DNA from: Macrostomum lignano | Taxonomy: Eukaryota | Assembly: GCA_002269645.1 (NCBI GenBank) | Contig: NIVC01004343.1 | Coordinates: 1-49,458 of the forward strand | Direction: 5' to 3' | Length of the DNA stretch: 49,458 nucleotides | Part shown: piece after piece, positions 10,869-22,850 of the stretch | Layout: the number at the start of each line of letters is the position of its first letter | Numbering within the stretch: the stretch's first letter is position 1 | Made by a program: the position numbers and the translations under genes | Notes under the pieces: model-generated | The model's input: only the letters and a program-made list of their open reading frames with translations | The model's database searches: none | Told to the model about the DNA's origin: nothing

Positions 10869-11448
10869 TTTCTCAGCTTCTTGAATACACGTATATGCTT
10901 CTATATACTACGCGGCACATATCGTCGGAAACGATACCACCATTGACCATAGACAAGTATTTTTTGCTTCCTGTCAACTTGCGACCTGCGTAAGTTGCGA
11001 GAACTCTAAGTTAGCTTCGAGAAACAGCTTTACGACCAATCTTACGGTGAGTGCAAAGTTCTGACTAACGACTACACTTACATAGAACTTACAATAGTTT
11101 CGAGAAAGACCCTCGGAGACCCTATGGTAAGTGCAGGCGTAAGTCCGAACTTTGCGCTTGGCGTAAGACCAGCTGTAAAGCTGTTTCTCGAAGCTAACCT
11201 AGGGTTCTCGCAACTTACGCAGTTCGCAAGTTATCGAGAAGCGAAAAATGTCGTCTATGGCCGAAGTGGGCAACGATTCCAATGGTTTTTGTCTGCTTCG
11301 GTATATATTCTTTTTGTACGTATATTTTCGGCATATATGATGCAATGGTCCGTAAGAAACATAAAGCAAAAGTGTCTTCAGGAAGGCAAACATATATTTA
11401 TTAGCTCGTACAAAATAGCAAATAATCTAGATAATAGCAAATAACAGT

Positions 11449-12584
11449 TTAATCAATTAGCTTCAACCAAGGCTCATCGAATTTTTTACTACAATCACTT
11501 GAAAAACACCACAACCCTCTCATCGATAATCTCCACCTTGTCGACAGAACGTTTTTTCTCAGCACGTGGTACAGCATCCTGACCTGTCGATCCAAGAGGT
11601 TCAAACGCGAACGTCTATCTGTTGAGAGCTGGAGACAACCATGCAGAGACAAAACAGTTCTAGGGATAGTGCCATCACTGAGGAGTCTCAGCCATAAGTC
11701 GAGCCTGGGAACTGGATGCCTTTATATGTCGTCCAGATTTCATTGTAAATCTTCAGCCGTCAGTATTATTATCAAGTGGTCTCGTAGGTGTGTCATCGTT
11801 ATTGACTCTTTTCGCATCTTGAGCTGGCTCCATATCCATAAATAATTGGTCGAACGACAAATCGATTTCGTCAAGACCGACGTACAGCACGAGTTGAAAA
11901 GTGGTTAAAGCCTGCTCCAGCTAGTCAGCTTGTATGTGTCTTAAGTAATTTTCCAATACTGTATACATTTGTATATGGCATTTGAAATTTTGGTAAGCGT
12001 CCTGCTCATTGAAATCCATGCAGTTTGGCGTAAGTGAAGTTTACATCAAGGACAACTTGATAACTCAGGACCGGAAACGAGCCAATTCAAAGCGAAAAAA
12101 GTATGAGGCTCGTTTAAAAGCATTGTTCTATGGCCCATCCGTATGCGCATGCTTTCAGTTGCCAATGCATACTCGTAAGTTGTCCTTGGTTTACATACTA
12201 TAATAGCATTATAATGCAATGTCTATGGCCAGAAAGTCCTCGGCCGCATTCAATGGTCCTCGGACTTTCTGACCACAGAATGGGCATTATAAAGTTATTA
12301 TCTTATACATATTGGTGCTTAAAATTAATTTCAAAGTTAATTAAATGGACTTCATAGCTCGTACTCGCTACTGTCCTACTGCGTCTGCATGTTGCTGACC
12401 GCGCATTGGGTCGAGATCGTACCCTTCGGGACCACGCTGGTCCTTGCATTATGCGCGATTCTGATCTGATCTGATAGCCTCCCAAACTGCTTTCTTTTTC
12501 CATTGCATCTCGACTTTTTGGTCTTTAGAATCTGATAGTATCGAGGTACTTGTTTACGTAATTCAACAACTCTTCCTTTTCTCC
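11449..12584 (-). pseudogene. Harbinger ORF2 Myb/SANT-like DNA-binding protein remnant
   Basis: MATKCQPNFSPGEKEELLNYVNKYLDTI, then after a frameshift KKKAVWEAI. A coiled-coil-like tail RRSRLNLLDRQVRML lies near 11600. The lower boundary is approximate. Confidence 0.7.
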
Positions 12585-14039
12585 AGGCGAGAAGTTGGGT
12601 TGGCACTTGGTCGCCATGGTCTTTGCTGCTGTCACTTGCAGTATTAAAGATATCGTACCCTGAGATCTCTTCGATAAGTGCTTCTCACGACTGATACCGA
12701 GCAGTCGTAGGGTTAAGATTAACCTTACGAAAGACCATAGACATACCAACGTTTCGAGAAACAGTCTTTTGCGCACAAAGTTACGAGCTCGCAAAGTTGC
12801 GATCGATCATAAGTCGTTTCAAGTTGCGAGACTTTCGAGCAAGCCAAGAGCACTTCCTCCCCAACTTACGTCTATGGTCCGATCGTAAGTTGCTTTCGAG
12901 AAAGACCCCCCAGACTAGCATAGACAGAGTCAGACAGAGCCATAGACATTAAGTGCTGGCTCCTTTTCTTTACAATTGGCGTGGCCTCATGAGGTAAAAC
13001 TCGCTTCCACTCCAGATTGCTACTTATAGAACTCCTTGCCACCGACTGACTTCATTTCACACCCCATCACTGTCTATGGCAAAAACACCTTTATTTTTAC
13101 CTATTTTACACCCGCCGTTACTGTCTACTACACAAACGGCTAGGCTTAAATCGGTACCTTTAAGTACTTTTTCTGCTTCCTTTTTGGTTCTTATTGTGTC
13201 CCATTTGGTGCCAATTTAGCCCAGTACGTAGAGTTCGCATTTACCATAGGCTAACAACTGAAATCGCCTGGAAATTCAGCTTTTTCGGTATCAAATTCGG
13301 GTTATTTCGTAGACATAAAACTCCTAAAACACCAGTCACGTATGCATTTGGTATCCTCTCTCTGTTTACCAGACTGATTCTATAACGTATAGTCCTCTTT
13401 GCACCATTATTTACTTTAGGCCTCCTTTACTTGTAAGTGTTCGCAGTTAAAACCAAATTGATTTCTGTTGTCTGTGGCTTTCTCTGGTTTGCTGACGTAA
13501 AATCTCTTCTAGGACGCTATAACGTCGAACTGCTGGGAGCCGCCCGATTTGAATGAATAAAAAACAAAAAGAACACGAAAGGTATACTGTCGGTGCATGC
13601 TAATGAGTTTAAGGCACAGACATTGGCATTTGGAAATCTCGCACATTCGTAGAGTAAAGATTAAAAATAAAATGCCAACTTCGCAGCTCTCAGTTGAAGC
13701 ATGCAATTATGCAGCTTCCCACGCATTTACCTTTTGACCATATAGACAGTGTATAGTTTGGTTTATAATTAGTGTATTTAAAATGCCAACTATAATAAAA
13801 ATGCTTTGTACAAATACATGTATGTTCCGGCTGAAGTATATTGTACATCTTTATTACAGCACTCTCTAGCCTGCCATAATGGCATTTAGCTTGCCTAATT
13901 AGCATTTCATATTGAATCTGATTGCTTAGCCATATTGGGATTTTTTTCAAATGAAATTTTGTAAAAATTGCGAATGAAAAATTTAATTTGAAGTTTTATA
14001 ATGAAGTTTAGTCTGGCATCCAACCATCTAGGAAGTAGG

Positions 14040-14308
14040 GGTAGGGGCGCGCACCAGACAGGGGCGCTCACCAAGAGATAGGGGCGTCCACCAGAGACAG
14101 GGGCGTCCACCAAGAGACAGGGGCGTCCACCAAGAGACAGGGGCGTCCACCAAGAGACAGGGGCGTCCACCAAGAGACAGGGGCGTCCACCAAGAGACAG
14201 GGGCGCCCTCTAAGAGACAGGGGCACCCACCGAGAGACAGGGGCACCCACCAAGAGACAGGGGCGCCCTCTAAGAGACAGGGGCACCTACCAAGAGACGG
14301 GGACGCCA
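14040..14308. repeat. 20-bp minisatellite (CCACCAAGAGACAGGGGCGT), about 13 copies
   Basis: Read directly. Confidence 0.95.
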
Positions 14309-14657
14309 TTAAACAAAACTTAACAGACTTAAAGTTTTTACTACCGAAAAAAGTCCATCGTTAAATAAAAGCGGAGGAGAAACAAGAAAGTTCTATTTGA
14401 CTTGAATTTTGCTCAAATCCATTGCTCAAAAACTGGTGGCTACTATACAGTACATATAAATGCGAGTAACTGAGGTGAGTCTTGCCCTTAACAAAATTGC
14501 CATCAAGTGCGTCTGAACGAGAGGGAGAGTCTATCGAAGTCAAGGGATAGGGATAGCGTACTCAAACGTGCTCAAAACAGCTGCATTTAGCTCGTAGAAC
14601 AATAGTGACTTTCAAAGTGCTTATTCGAGAGGCACGCAAGCTGCTTGCAGGGGAATT

Positions 14658-16207
14658 TTACAACGCCACATTAAGACTGTGCTGCAATACGGAACGCCAC
14701 AGTTTGTGCTGAACAACATCAAAAAAGTCGCTGCGCTCTGCGGTCAGAAAAATGTAGTCCACTATTGCTTCGGACGCAAGACTCGGCACCAAAGGGGCGT
14801 ATCCGTGACCTCTCCAGAACCCGGATATTGGGACACCCGTTGATGTTGCTAAAATTCCCGTAACGTAAACATCGTCAATCCAGAAGAACGGCTTGAACAG
14901 AGAGCACAGGTAGATGCTGGCGACGTGCTTAGCGTTGAGAATGTAGCCGAAGCCCTCGCAGTAGGTTGGGTAGAAACTGCCGGGAAACTCGCGATAACTA
15001 ACAGACCATTTTGCTTTGCGAGGAAATCTTTGTGGTCTCGCGCTTCTGGTGGCGGAGCAGTAGAAACCGGATGGAGCACCCTGGCTCAGGAAGGTCGCCA
15101 AGTGTGCAACGTCCGTGAACGTGTCGTCGTCGACCTTGACGAGATACTTGGCCGACTGGCAGTGTCGCACGACCCACTCGTACACAGCCAGGTGCTTGAT
15201 GCTCATGTTCCTGTAGTTCTCGGTGTAGTTCAGCTGCACGATGTCGCCGAACCGGTCGCTCTCCGCATCGATCAGAGCCTCGAGCTGCGCTCCGGTCGCT
15301 CCGGACTCGTCCGAGTCTCCCGACGCTGGCCGGCCGAGAAAGAAGGCCACCTCGATGCGGTACCGTCCGACGTACCTGAGTGATCCCCACGTTCTGCGGA
15401 TGGTCGCTCGACGACGAGGTTCTTCGCGTTGCTGTGAACCGCCACCAACGCCAGCAGGTCGCCCGCGGTGCACAGGTGATCCGCCATGCGCACAAAGTCG
15501 TAGGTTTGCACGTAACGAAGTGCCGGACTCTGGAGGCCTCCGCACTTGCCGGCTGCGCTCTGCAGCTGCTGCTGGGTGACCGCCGAACCCAGCGACTTGA
15601 GTTTAGTCAGCAGCTTTGAGTACAGGCGCGAGTCGCTCGCTCCCTCGATTCGCTCCATGATATTCAGGTCAACTAAGTTATCACTCGAAGGTTGAAGACT
15701 GGGATCGCTATATTTCTCTTCCATATTCTTGGCTGGATTTTCAATTCCTTGTTTAGGGAGAAGATTTCGGAATGGATTCTCAGAAATGAAACTGTCTCTT
15801 CCAGCTAGGTACTCGTTAGATAAAGGCTCGTCTGCAATGCCTTGTCTCAACGATTTGATTTTTCTAATCTTTGGTAGGCTAGACTTGAGCGCCGAGATGG
15901 GGCGCTGAATGCTTCTGACTTCAAGTTCAGCATTGCTGCTCAGCTCTAAACTAGGCTCACCATCCAAATTTCGAGCGTCTGGAAGCGAGCTGGCGCCGAC
16001 AACCTTTGGTACAAGCTGTTTTTCGTGACTCAACAGGCTGCTGCCACGAACTGTTAGCTGTAGAGTCACAGTGAGGTACAGCAGAAGTAGGATCAAGCAT
16101 GTCCATCGTCCCAGACTTATGTGCGTCGCCAGTCGGACTATCTTTAGTCGACGGTTCGAATTTGGCGCACCTTTTCCGCACGAAGATAGACCGCCGATGT
16201 GGTTCAT
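14658..16207 (-). CDS. GT31 paralog B, with a single 1-bp frameshift at ~15415 (pseudogene or sequence error)
   Basis: ORF 16207..15272 gives the TM segment, stem and start of the core; ORF 15545..14658 gives the rest of the core. Relative to A and C one C is missing (GCTCGACGAC-GAGG). No other lesions seen. Confidence 0.8.
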
Positions 16208-17213
16208 TGTATCCTTTCTGTTTAACAGTTAGCTAGTTTTATTTGTGCAACAGCCTTTACAGTTGAGCTGAAGTCGCACAATTTAAGTGTGTATATAGCT
16301 AGATCTACATGATCCTCGCTTCTATTTAAACTGCATTGTGCACGTTTCTTTAAAGAGACAATTGAGCTGACTGATGCTGCCTCAACTATGCTCGTATTTT
16401 ATGTACCTAGCTGGGCCGCAGAGCGAAAACCTGGGGTATATAATATGACCATAGACTGCGGCTTCTGCTGCTCTGACATGACCGCTTTGTTAGTGTCGGC
16501 TGCTAAATACATCAGCGAATGTGGAGCGACACATCTATGTAACAGAAATGCACAGCAACGTTGTTGGCTTTTAAAAGCTAAGATATTACGAGAAAAAAAT
16601 TGAAATAATTTGAAAGCGAATTGTGTATGCAAAAACTGCACCAAGAAGTGGTCGTAGGTACAGATACAGTTTTCCCTATGTACTCAATATGTACTCAGAA
16701 ACATTTGAAAAGTTGCCATGCACCCGTTGCGCCAGTAATCAACTTTTCTAGGATCTGCCTTGAAAGTTGCACAACTATATTAACACGCTGAGCAATGGGT
16801 GCATAAATACAAAAATAATGATAAAACCGTTTATTAGTTTCACGTACATAGTTGCAATGTTTGAGTTACGAGTACAATCTGTTTAATCTACAGAAGTTGC
16901 TGGGTTTTAATATTGCTGAGTATATTTGTGAAATATTGAGTTAGCTGATTTTATCAACCAATCTAACCTTTGATAAAATGCACGCATACAACACATGTAT
17001 ACATGTGCATACACTAGCGCTTTCGAAGGCTCAGAAGGTTACTAACTTTTAATCTACACTCAGAAACATATATATTAAAATTACAACCTCGAAACCAGTA
17101 GTCAACAATGACGAGGCTTTAATCCAACTGTAGTGACTATAAGGTTAATGGGAAAGTTAATATATTCTAGATCTTAGCATAAGTGTATCAGATGCTCACT
17201 ATATAAGCTCCCC

Positions 17214-17505
17214 GTTAAAAACGAGGGTTAATCTTGGAAGCAAAATAAACGAAAAGAAACTTTTGATTCGTTAATTTACCACAGTTTAACTTTCGAAAAA
17301 AGCGAATTTAGATTAGTTAAACACAGTCACTTTTGTAGGTTAATTTGGTTAACAAACTCGCAAATTAACGTAAATTTATCCTCCGTAAAGTAAATTAGTG
17401 GAAAACAACGTCAAGTAACGTTCATTTATCCTAAAATCGTGCTAATCGACCTTAGGCTATTAGTTATTTATTAACCCCCCCCCAATATTTACCCTCGTTT
17501 TCAAC
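17214..17505. mobile_element. Possible small MITE between GT31 B and C
   Basis: Imperfect 22-bp IR: GTTAAAAACGAGGGTTAATCTT versus AATATTTACCCTCGTTTTCAAC. No clear TSD. Confidence 0.4.
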
Positions 17506-18045
17506 AAGTCATTAACACTGCCGACAAATTAGACATCTATAATAACAGGAGTCAGGACCGATGTACTGAAAGGAATGAAAATTGCTGTACAAGTCTCGCG
17601 ATCACACTGGAAATTTGGTCGTATTTGATGGCGGTGTGACCTAGCCTTAAGCAAGCAACGCAAACTTTGTAATCGTACAACAAAATTCAGTAGCAAGACT
17701 TATTAAAAATGGAAAAAAAAATTAATTCATCAAAGGATAATTAAAAGGCTGCGGCCTCCGCCTCGAGTCCAATATATAAAAAAGACACAACTAGGCCGTG
17801 AATATACGACGTAGAAGCAATTACTTTTTGGTAGCAGCCAATGAACGAACGCTTCTAGAAATTTTGCGGCGCAAACTACTGCACACCACTAGCTAGCTAT
17901 TTGCATAAATAAGGCAGAAAAGAGAGTGTATTTTATTACATTACACAATTGCATAGTTAAAACTAAAAACATGTAGGTCGGGCTGCTTTCCGCAATCATT
18001 GCGTACAATAGAATATCTGATTTGAGGCACAATCTTAGGACAAGA

Positions 18046-19344
18046 ATGCTTCGGACGCTGACATTCAGTGAGAAACGATACTCTCGGCTGCTACTGCTGA
18101 TGCTGCTGTACACTGCGGTAACGCTTCAACTCTGCGTCACCGGCAGCAGCGTCTACGGCTCTTTGAAGGCCGCAGCTGATGCGCCCAAAACCAAGTCCAG
18201 AGTAGAAGCAGATTTAAAGACTGAACTTCTAATAAACAATAGTTTACCCGTTACCAACACAACGAAAAACAGGCTAAGTACTTTAAAGAAAACACAGAGA
18301 AAGCTGCACACGACCACAGCACCTCCGCTGACTTTGATGGAGCGAATTAAGCGAGCGAGCGACTCGCGCCTGTACTCAAAGCTGCTGACTAAACTCAAGT
18401 CGCTGGGTTCGGCGGTCACCCAGAAGCAGCTGCAGAGCGCAGCCGGCAAGTGCGGAGGCCTCCAGAGTCCGGCACTTCGTTACGTGCAAACCTACGACTT
18501 TGTGCACATGGCGGATCACCTGTGCACCGCGGGCGACCTGCTGGCATTGGTGGCGGTTCACAGCAACGCGAAGAACCTCGGTCGTCGAGCGACCATCCGC
18601 AGAACGTGGGGATCGCTCAGGTACGTCGGACGGTACCGCATCGAGGTGGCCTTCTTTCTCGGCCGGCCAGCGTCGGGAGACTCGGACGAGTCCGGAGCGA
18701 CCGGAGCGCAGCTCGAGGCTCTGCTCGATGCGGAGAGCGACCGGTTCGGCGACATCGTGCAGCTGAACTACACCGAGAACTACAGGAACATGAGCATCAA
18801 GCACCTGGCTGTGTACGAGTGGGTCCTGCGACACTGCCAGTCGGCCAAGTATCTCGTCAAGGTCGACGACGACACGTTCACGGACGTTGCACACTTGGCG
18901 ACCTTCTTGAGCCAGGGCGCTCCATCCAGTTTCTACTGCTCCGCCACCCGTGGCGCGAAGCCGCAGAGAATCGGCAGAGGCAGCATGGCTAAGTGGCTGG
19001 TTAAGAAGGTAGAGTTTCCTCAAAAATATTACCCAACCTACTGCGAGGGCTTCGGCTACATTCTCAACGCTAAGCACGTCGCCAGTATCTACCTGTGCTC
19101 TCTGTTCAAGCAGTTCTTCTGGATTGACGATGTTCACGTGACCGGCACTCTGGCAGCTTCGATGGGTGTCCCGATCGCCGGGTTCTGGAGAGGCCACGGA
19201 TACACCACTTTGGTCCCTAGTCTGGCCTCTGAAAGGATTATGGACTATATTTTCCTAACAGCTTATAAAAATGAATTTTTCGAAGGTCTCTGGATCAAGC
19301 TTTGGCATGTCGTTCTGCGAAACAGTCTGGATGTTAGTCTCTGA
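18046..19344 (+). CDS. GT31 paralog C (432 aa from the first ATG, intronless)
   Basis: Intact ORF. First ATG at 18046 (the track start at 18022 is TTG). TM segment LLLLMLLYTAVTLQLCV and the same GT31 motifs as A. Confidence 0.9.
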   Translation: MLRTLTFSEKRYSRLLLLMLLYTAVTLQLCVTGSSVYGSLKAAADAPKTKSRVEADLKTELLINNSLPVTNTTKNRLSTLKKTQRKLHTTTAPPLTLMERIKRASDSRLYSKLLTKLKSLGSAVTQKQLQSAAGKCGGLQSPALRYVQTYDFVHMADHLCTAGDLLALVAVHSNAKNLGRRATIRRTWGSLRYVGRYRIEVAFFLGRPASGDSDESGATGAQLEALLDAESDRFGDIVQLNYTENYRNMSIKHLAVYEWVLRHCQSAKYLVKVDDDTFTDVAHLATFLSQGAPSSFYCSATRGAKPQRIGRGSMAKWLVKKVEFPQKYYPTYCEGFGYILNAKHVASIYLCSLFKQFFWIDDVHVTGTLAASMGVPIAGFWRGHGYTTLVPSLASERIMDYIFLTAYKNEFFEGLWIKLWHVVLRNSLDVSL

Positions 19345-19607
19345 GCCGGAATGTTTGATCGTTAGCTTGTCGCTTTCACTAGGGGGTGTTTGTTTTTAAC
19401 TGCTAATCTGCTTTCCTAAATGTTTTTTTCACAAATACAAATTTCTACTCTTCAATGCTTTGCTTCGCAAAAACCGTTCTATGGTGCGGTCACTGCTGCT
19501 TGTCACTTGTTGTGCTCGTTTACTTATGGTTTTGTACTGCCATCAACAATCAATTCTCCGTGAGCCTTGGTATTCTCTAATCCTGGATCCTTATTGATCG
19601 TTTTTTA

Positions 19608-19722
<115 letters not shown>

Positions 19723-22379
19723 ATGAGAAATGTTGCCGCTGGCATATCCAGCTCCTTTGTGCTGATGTCTATGGCCGAATGATCAACTTGCTTGCTTTTT
19801 CCGTCTATGTCTATGGGCAAGACCAAATCTACTGCTGCTAAATGGCGATCCTCTGCAGTTTGGTTGAGTTGTCTATCTGCTTGACTGACAATAGGCTCGA
19901 AGCAATAGTTAGAAATGTTATAGTTGCTGATTTTTAATGGACTTATTATCGATTGGACAAAATCGAAAGTTCTAAGATATAATTAGCTATGCAGAATTAG
20001 ACTTTTGCATTTCTACGTACCTGAAGCTAATCACAAATTGCTAATCCCCTACCTGCACTTGTACTATTTAAAAGTGCAAGGTCGTCTCTGTAAATTTGTA
20101 CTTTTAAATCCCAATCCTTTTTGGTGCAATTACAGCATAGCTAATTCCATTAACAAAACCCTAAGAGTGAACCTCAGAAAACCACATCGTACCAAAGTAA
20201 AATTAGCTATGCATATAGTTCTATTGCAACTGGCACGCAAACATTGAACTGCTTGTTCCTAAACACTTAAGAACTTTGACCCGTGCGATAATCATCAGAT
20301 TTTATATGGCATATTAAATACGTTTGCAGATTAATTCAGACTGTGTCACTCTGAGTGTCACTCATTCGGGTCTAATTGACAAATTTTGATGCAGCAAGCT
20401 GGTATATGCGATCCGTACTCTACAGGTAGGACCGTTTTGAAACAAGATTTTTCTACAATTAATGTTAAATGAAGTCAGGTAGAGTTCCAGTAAAACAAAG
20501 AGAGAAAAGAGAACAGAGAAGATTAGAGAGCAGAGATCAAACTGAGAAGATACTCAAAACCTGAGCTGGCCGGATTGCTATTGTGAAGTTTCAAAGGACT
20601 CGATCGGGTCAGATAGAGAGACTTGGTTGGCAGGAGATATTCTCAGTTGTGCGGTATATCAGTAAGCGTTTATGCTGACAATAGCTTGAATAAGTTGCGC
20701 AAAACATTAAAACACAGGTTATATTTGAGCTTATTCTAATGAATTAGATAGCAAATTTATTACGATATCTTTTATTTACAACGTGATCACTCAAATTCGT
20801 CGTATTTAGGGAATTAGGGTGTCACTGGGAAGGTGATGCTGATACCTTTAGGCTAGATGGCCGGCTTTCAGGCTTCCAAATTTGGCTCGTTGCTTTTAAC
20901 GTCCTTAATCTGGAAAAAATGAACAAATTTGCGCCTGTATAAGGCTTTTTACAAGCACTGTTTATTCCCTTTTTGAATTTAATTGCCTTCACAATGGGGG
21001 GCAGAGACAGTTATATTCAGATTTTGTATTCAGTTGGTTCATCGATTTCCCATGCGATTTGCGAGAGAATCCTGCACAGTCACGTGTCAAATTTATGGTC
21101 AGACAAAGTGCGCCTAATTAATGATTAATTTACGAGTACTTAGTATTTTTAAGAGAACAGTTGAAAAGCACCACCACTATTGCTGCATTGCATTGTATAT
21201 AGGCCACAAATTGTTGCGATATCTCGTAAAGGCTCTCGCTCTCTCTCCCGTCAGATATCACCTCAGAGTCCCGGTTATAAATAAATCACCTTACTATGTC
21301 TAGAGTATATATAGCTATATAATATATATACTGCACCTCCCAACCCAGTGAGGTCTACTGTAATTCATCACTGACTTAGTCAGGAATCCATTTAGTTAGT
21401 CTTAAAAGAGGGCGCTATCTCCAGATTACGGATAAAATTGACTACTTTTCAGCGGTGAAAATAACGTAATGAAGAGTCTACAATATATCCTACCAGTATA
21501 TATAGCTGCACTACACTACTGCGCATAAAGCTTATTTGCCTAAATTTCGACTTTTTTGTCAACCAAAGTTATCGATGGGCTACCGTGAGAGAGACTTTTC
21601 GTTGCCCCTATGACTACCGGGTATACCGCGCTTAAAAAAGATACACAGAGTATCACATTCGATTCTAACGAATTCCGACATAGAACCCCGCTGCATGGTT
21701 AGTTATAGTGGATAGTGGATTATGTGGAACGATGTCGTCAAAGACGTTTGAATAACTTGTATATTAAATTACTAATAACCTGTGCTTTCTCTATTCAATA
21801 GCATACCAAATGAACAGTATAATTACTAAAGATAAATTTACAGGCAAACAATTAACCAGAGAAATTGTTTATGCTAAAAAACACTCAATACAAGCATTTC
21901 CAACACACATACACGCATAATGTGAGACAGGCCAAATCTGCGCAAAAGAAATACTTCGTAGTTCTAAACTATGCATAGGCACTAATTGCCAGTCGAGAGA
22001 AGCAACAAAATTATAAAAGTTGTGTCGAATAAGCTCGCATTACATGTATGTATGGAAATACAACACTAATAATTAATACATGACATCCTGACTGCATCAC
22101 GTGGTTGCACCCTGCCAAGTGATGGGAGATCTATATAATAGCTCTGTCCATATTCCCTGAAAACTACTACCATATTTTCCCACTAATCTGACTAACAATA
22201 TTATTAACCATTTCCCTACCCATAGTAACATTTTGCACTTAGTAAACTTACATATTAAAAACGTTTATAAGCATTTGCATCCCACATTTGCTTGTACGCA
22301 GACACGCACTCGCACACACCCTCACACAGGGTCTACAGCGGTCCTTTGACTTTGTAATCGTCAGATTTGTACACATTAT

Positions 22380-22850
22380 TTAGAGATCCCTGTAGGATAG
22401 AAGGTTAATTCAGAGATCCCTGTAGGATAGAAGGTTAATTCAGAGATCCCTGTAGGATAGAAGGTTAATTCAGAGATCCCTGTAGGACAGAAGGTTAATT
22501 CAGAGATCCCTGTAGGACAGAAGGTTAATTCAGGGATCCCTGTAGGACAGAAGGTTAATTCAGAGATCCCTGTAGGACAGAAGGTTAATTCAGAGATTCC
22601 TGTAGGACAGAAGGTTAATTCAGGGATCCCTGTAGGACAGAAGGTTAATTCAGAGATCCCTGTAGGACAGAAGGTTAATTCAGAGATTCCTGTAGGATGG
22701 AAGGTTAATTCAGAGATCCCTGTAGGACAGAAGGTTAATTCAGAGATCCCTGTAGGACAGAAGGTTAATTCAGAGATCCCTGTAGGATGGAAGGTTAATT
22801 CAGAGATCCCTGTAGGACAGAAGGTTAATTCAGAGGTCCCTGTAGACGGA
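22380..22850. repeat. 30-bp minisatellite (CAGAGATCCCTGTAGGACAGAAGGTTAATT), about 15 copies
   Basis: Read directly. Confidence 0.97.

Larger units (their letters stand above)
9661..12910 (-). mobile_element. Decayed PIF/Harbinger DNA transposon with ~50-bp TIRs, CAG TSD, transposase and Myb/SANT remnants
   Basis: TIR GGGGTCTTTCTTGAAAGCTACTTACGATCGGCCATAGAC mirrors 12861..12910. A 3-bp CAG duplication lies at 9658-9660 and 12911-12913, confirmed by the empty site in the sister unit. Confidence 0.92.

Noticed and set aside
7357-19197. Alternative-frame and antisense ORFs overlapping the GT31 genes (e.g. 7357-8034, 7590-8108, 18376-19197)
   Set aside because: Shadow ORFs of GC-rich coding sequence, repeated only because the cores are near-identical.
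20000-22370. Short GC-richer patches that might be exons
   Set aside because: No consistent open frame, splice pairing or recognisable protein motif found.
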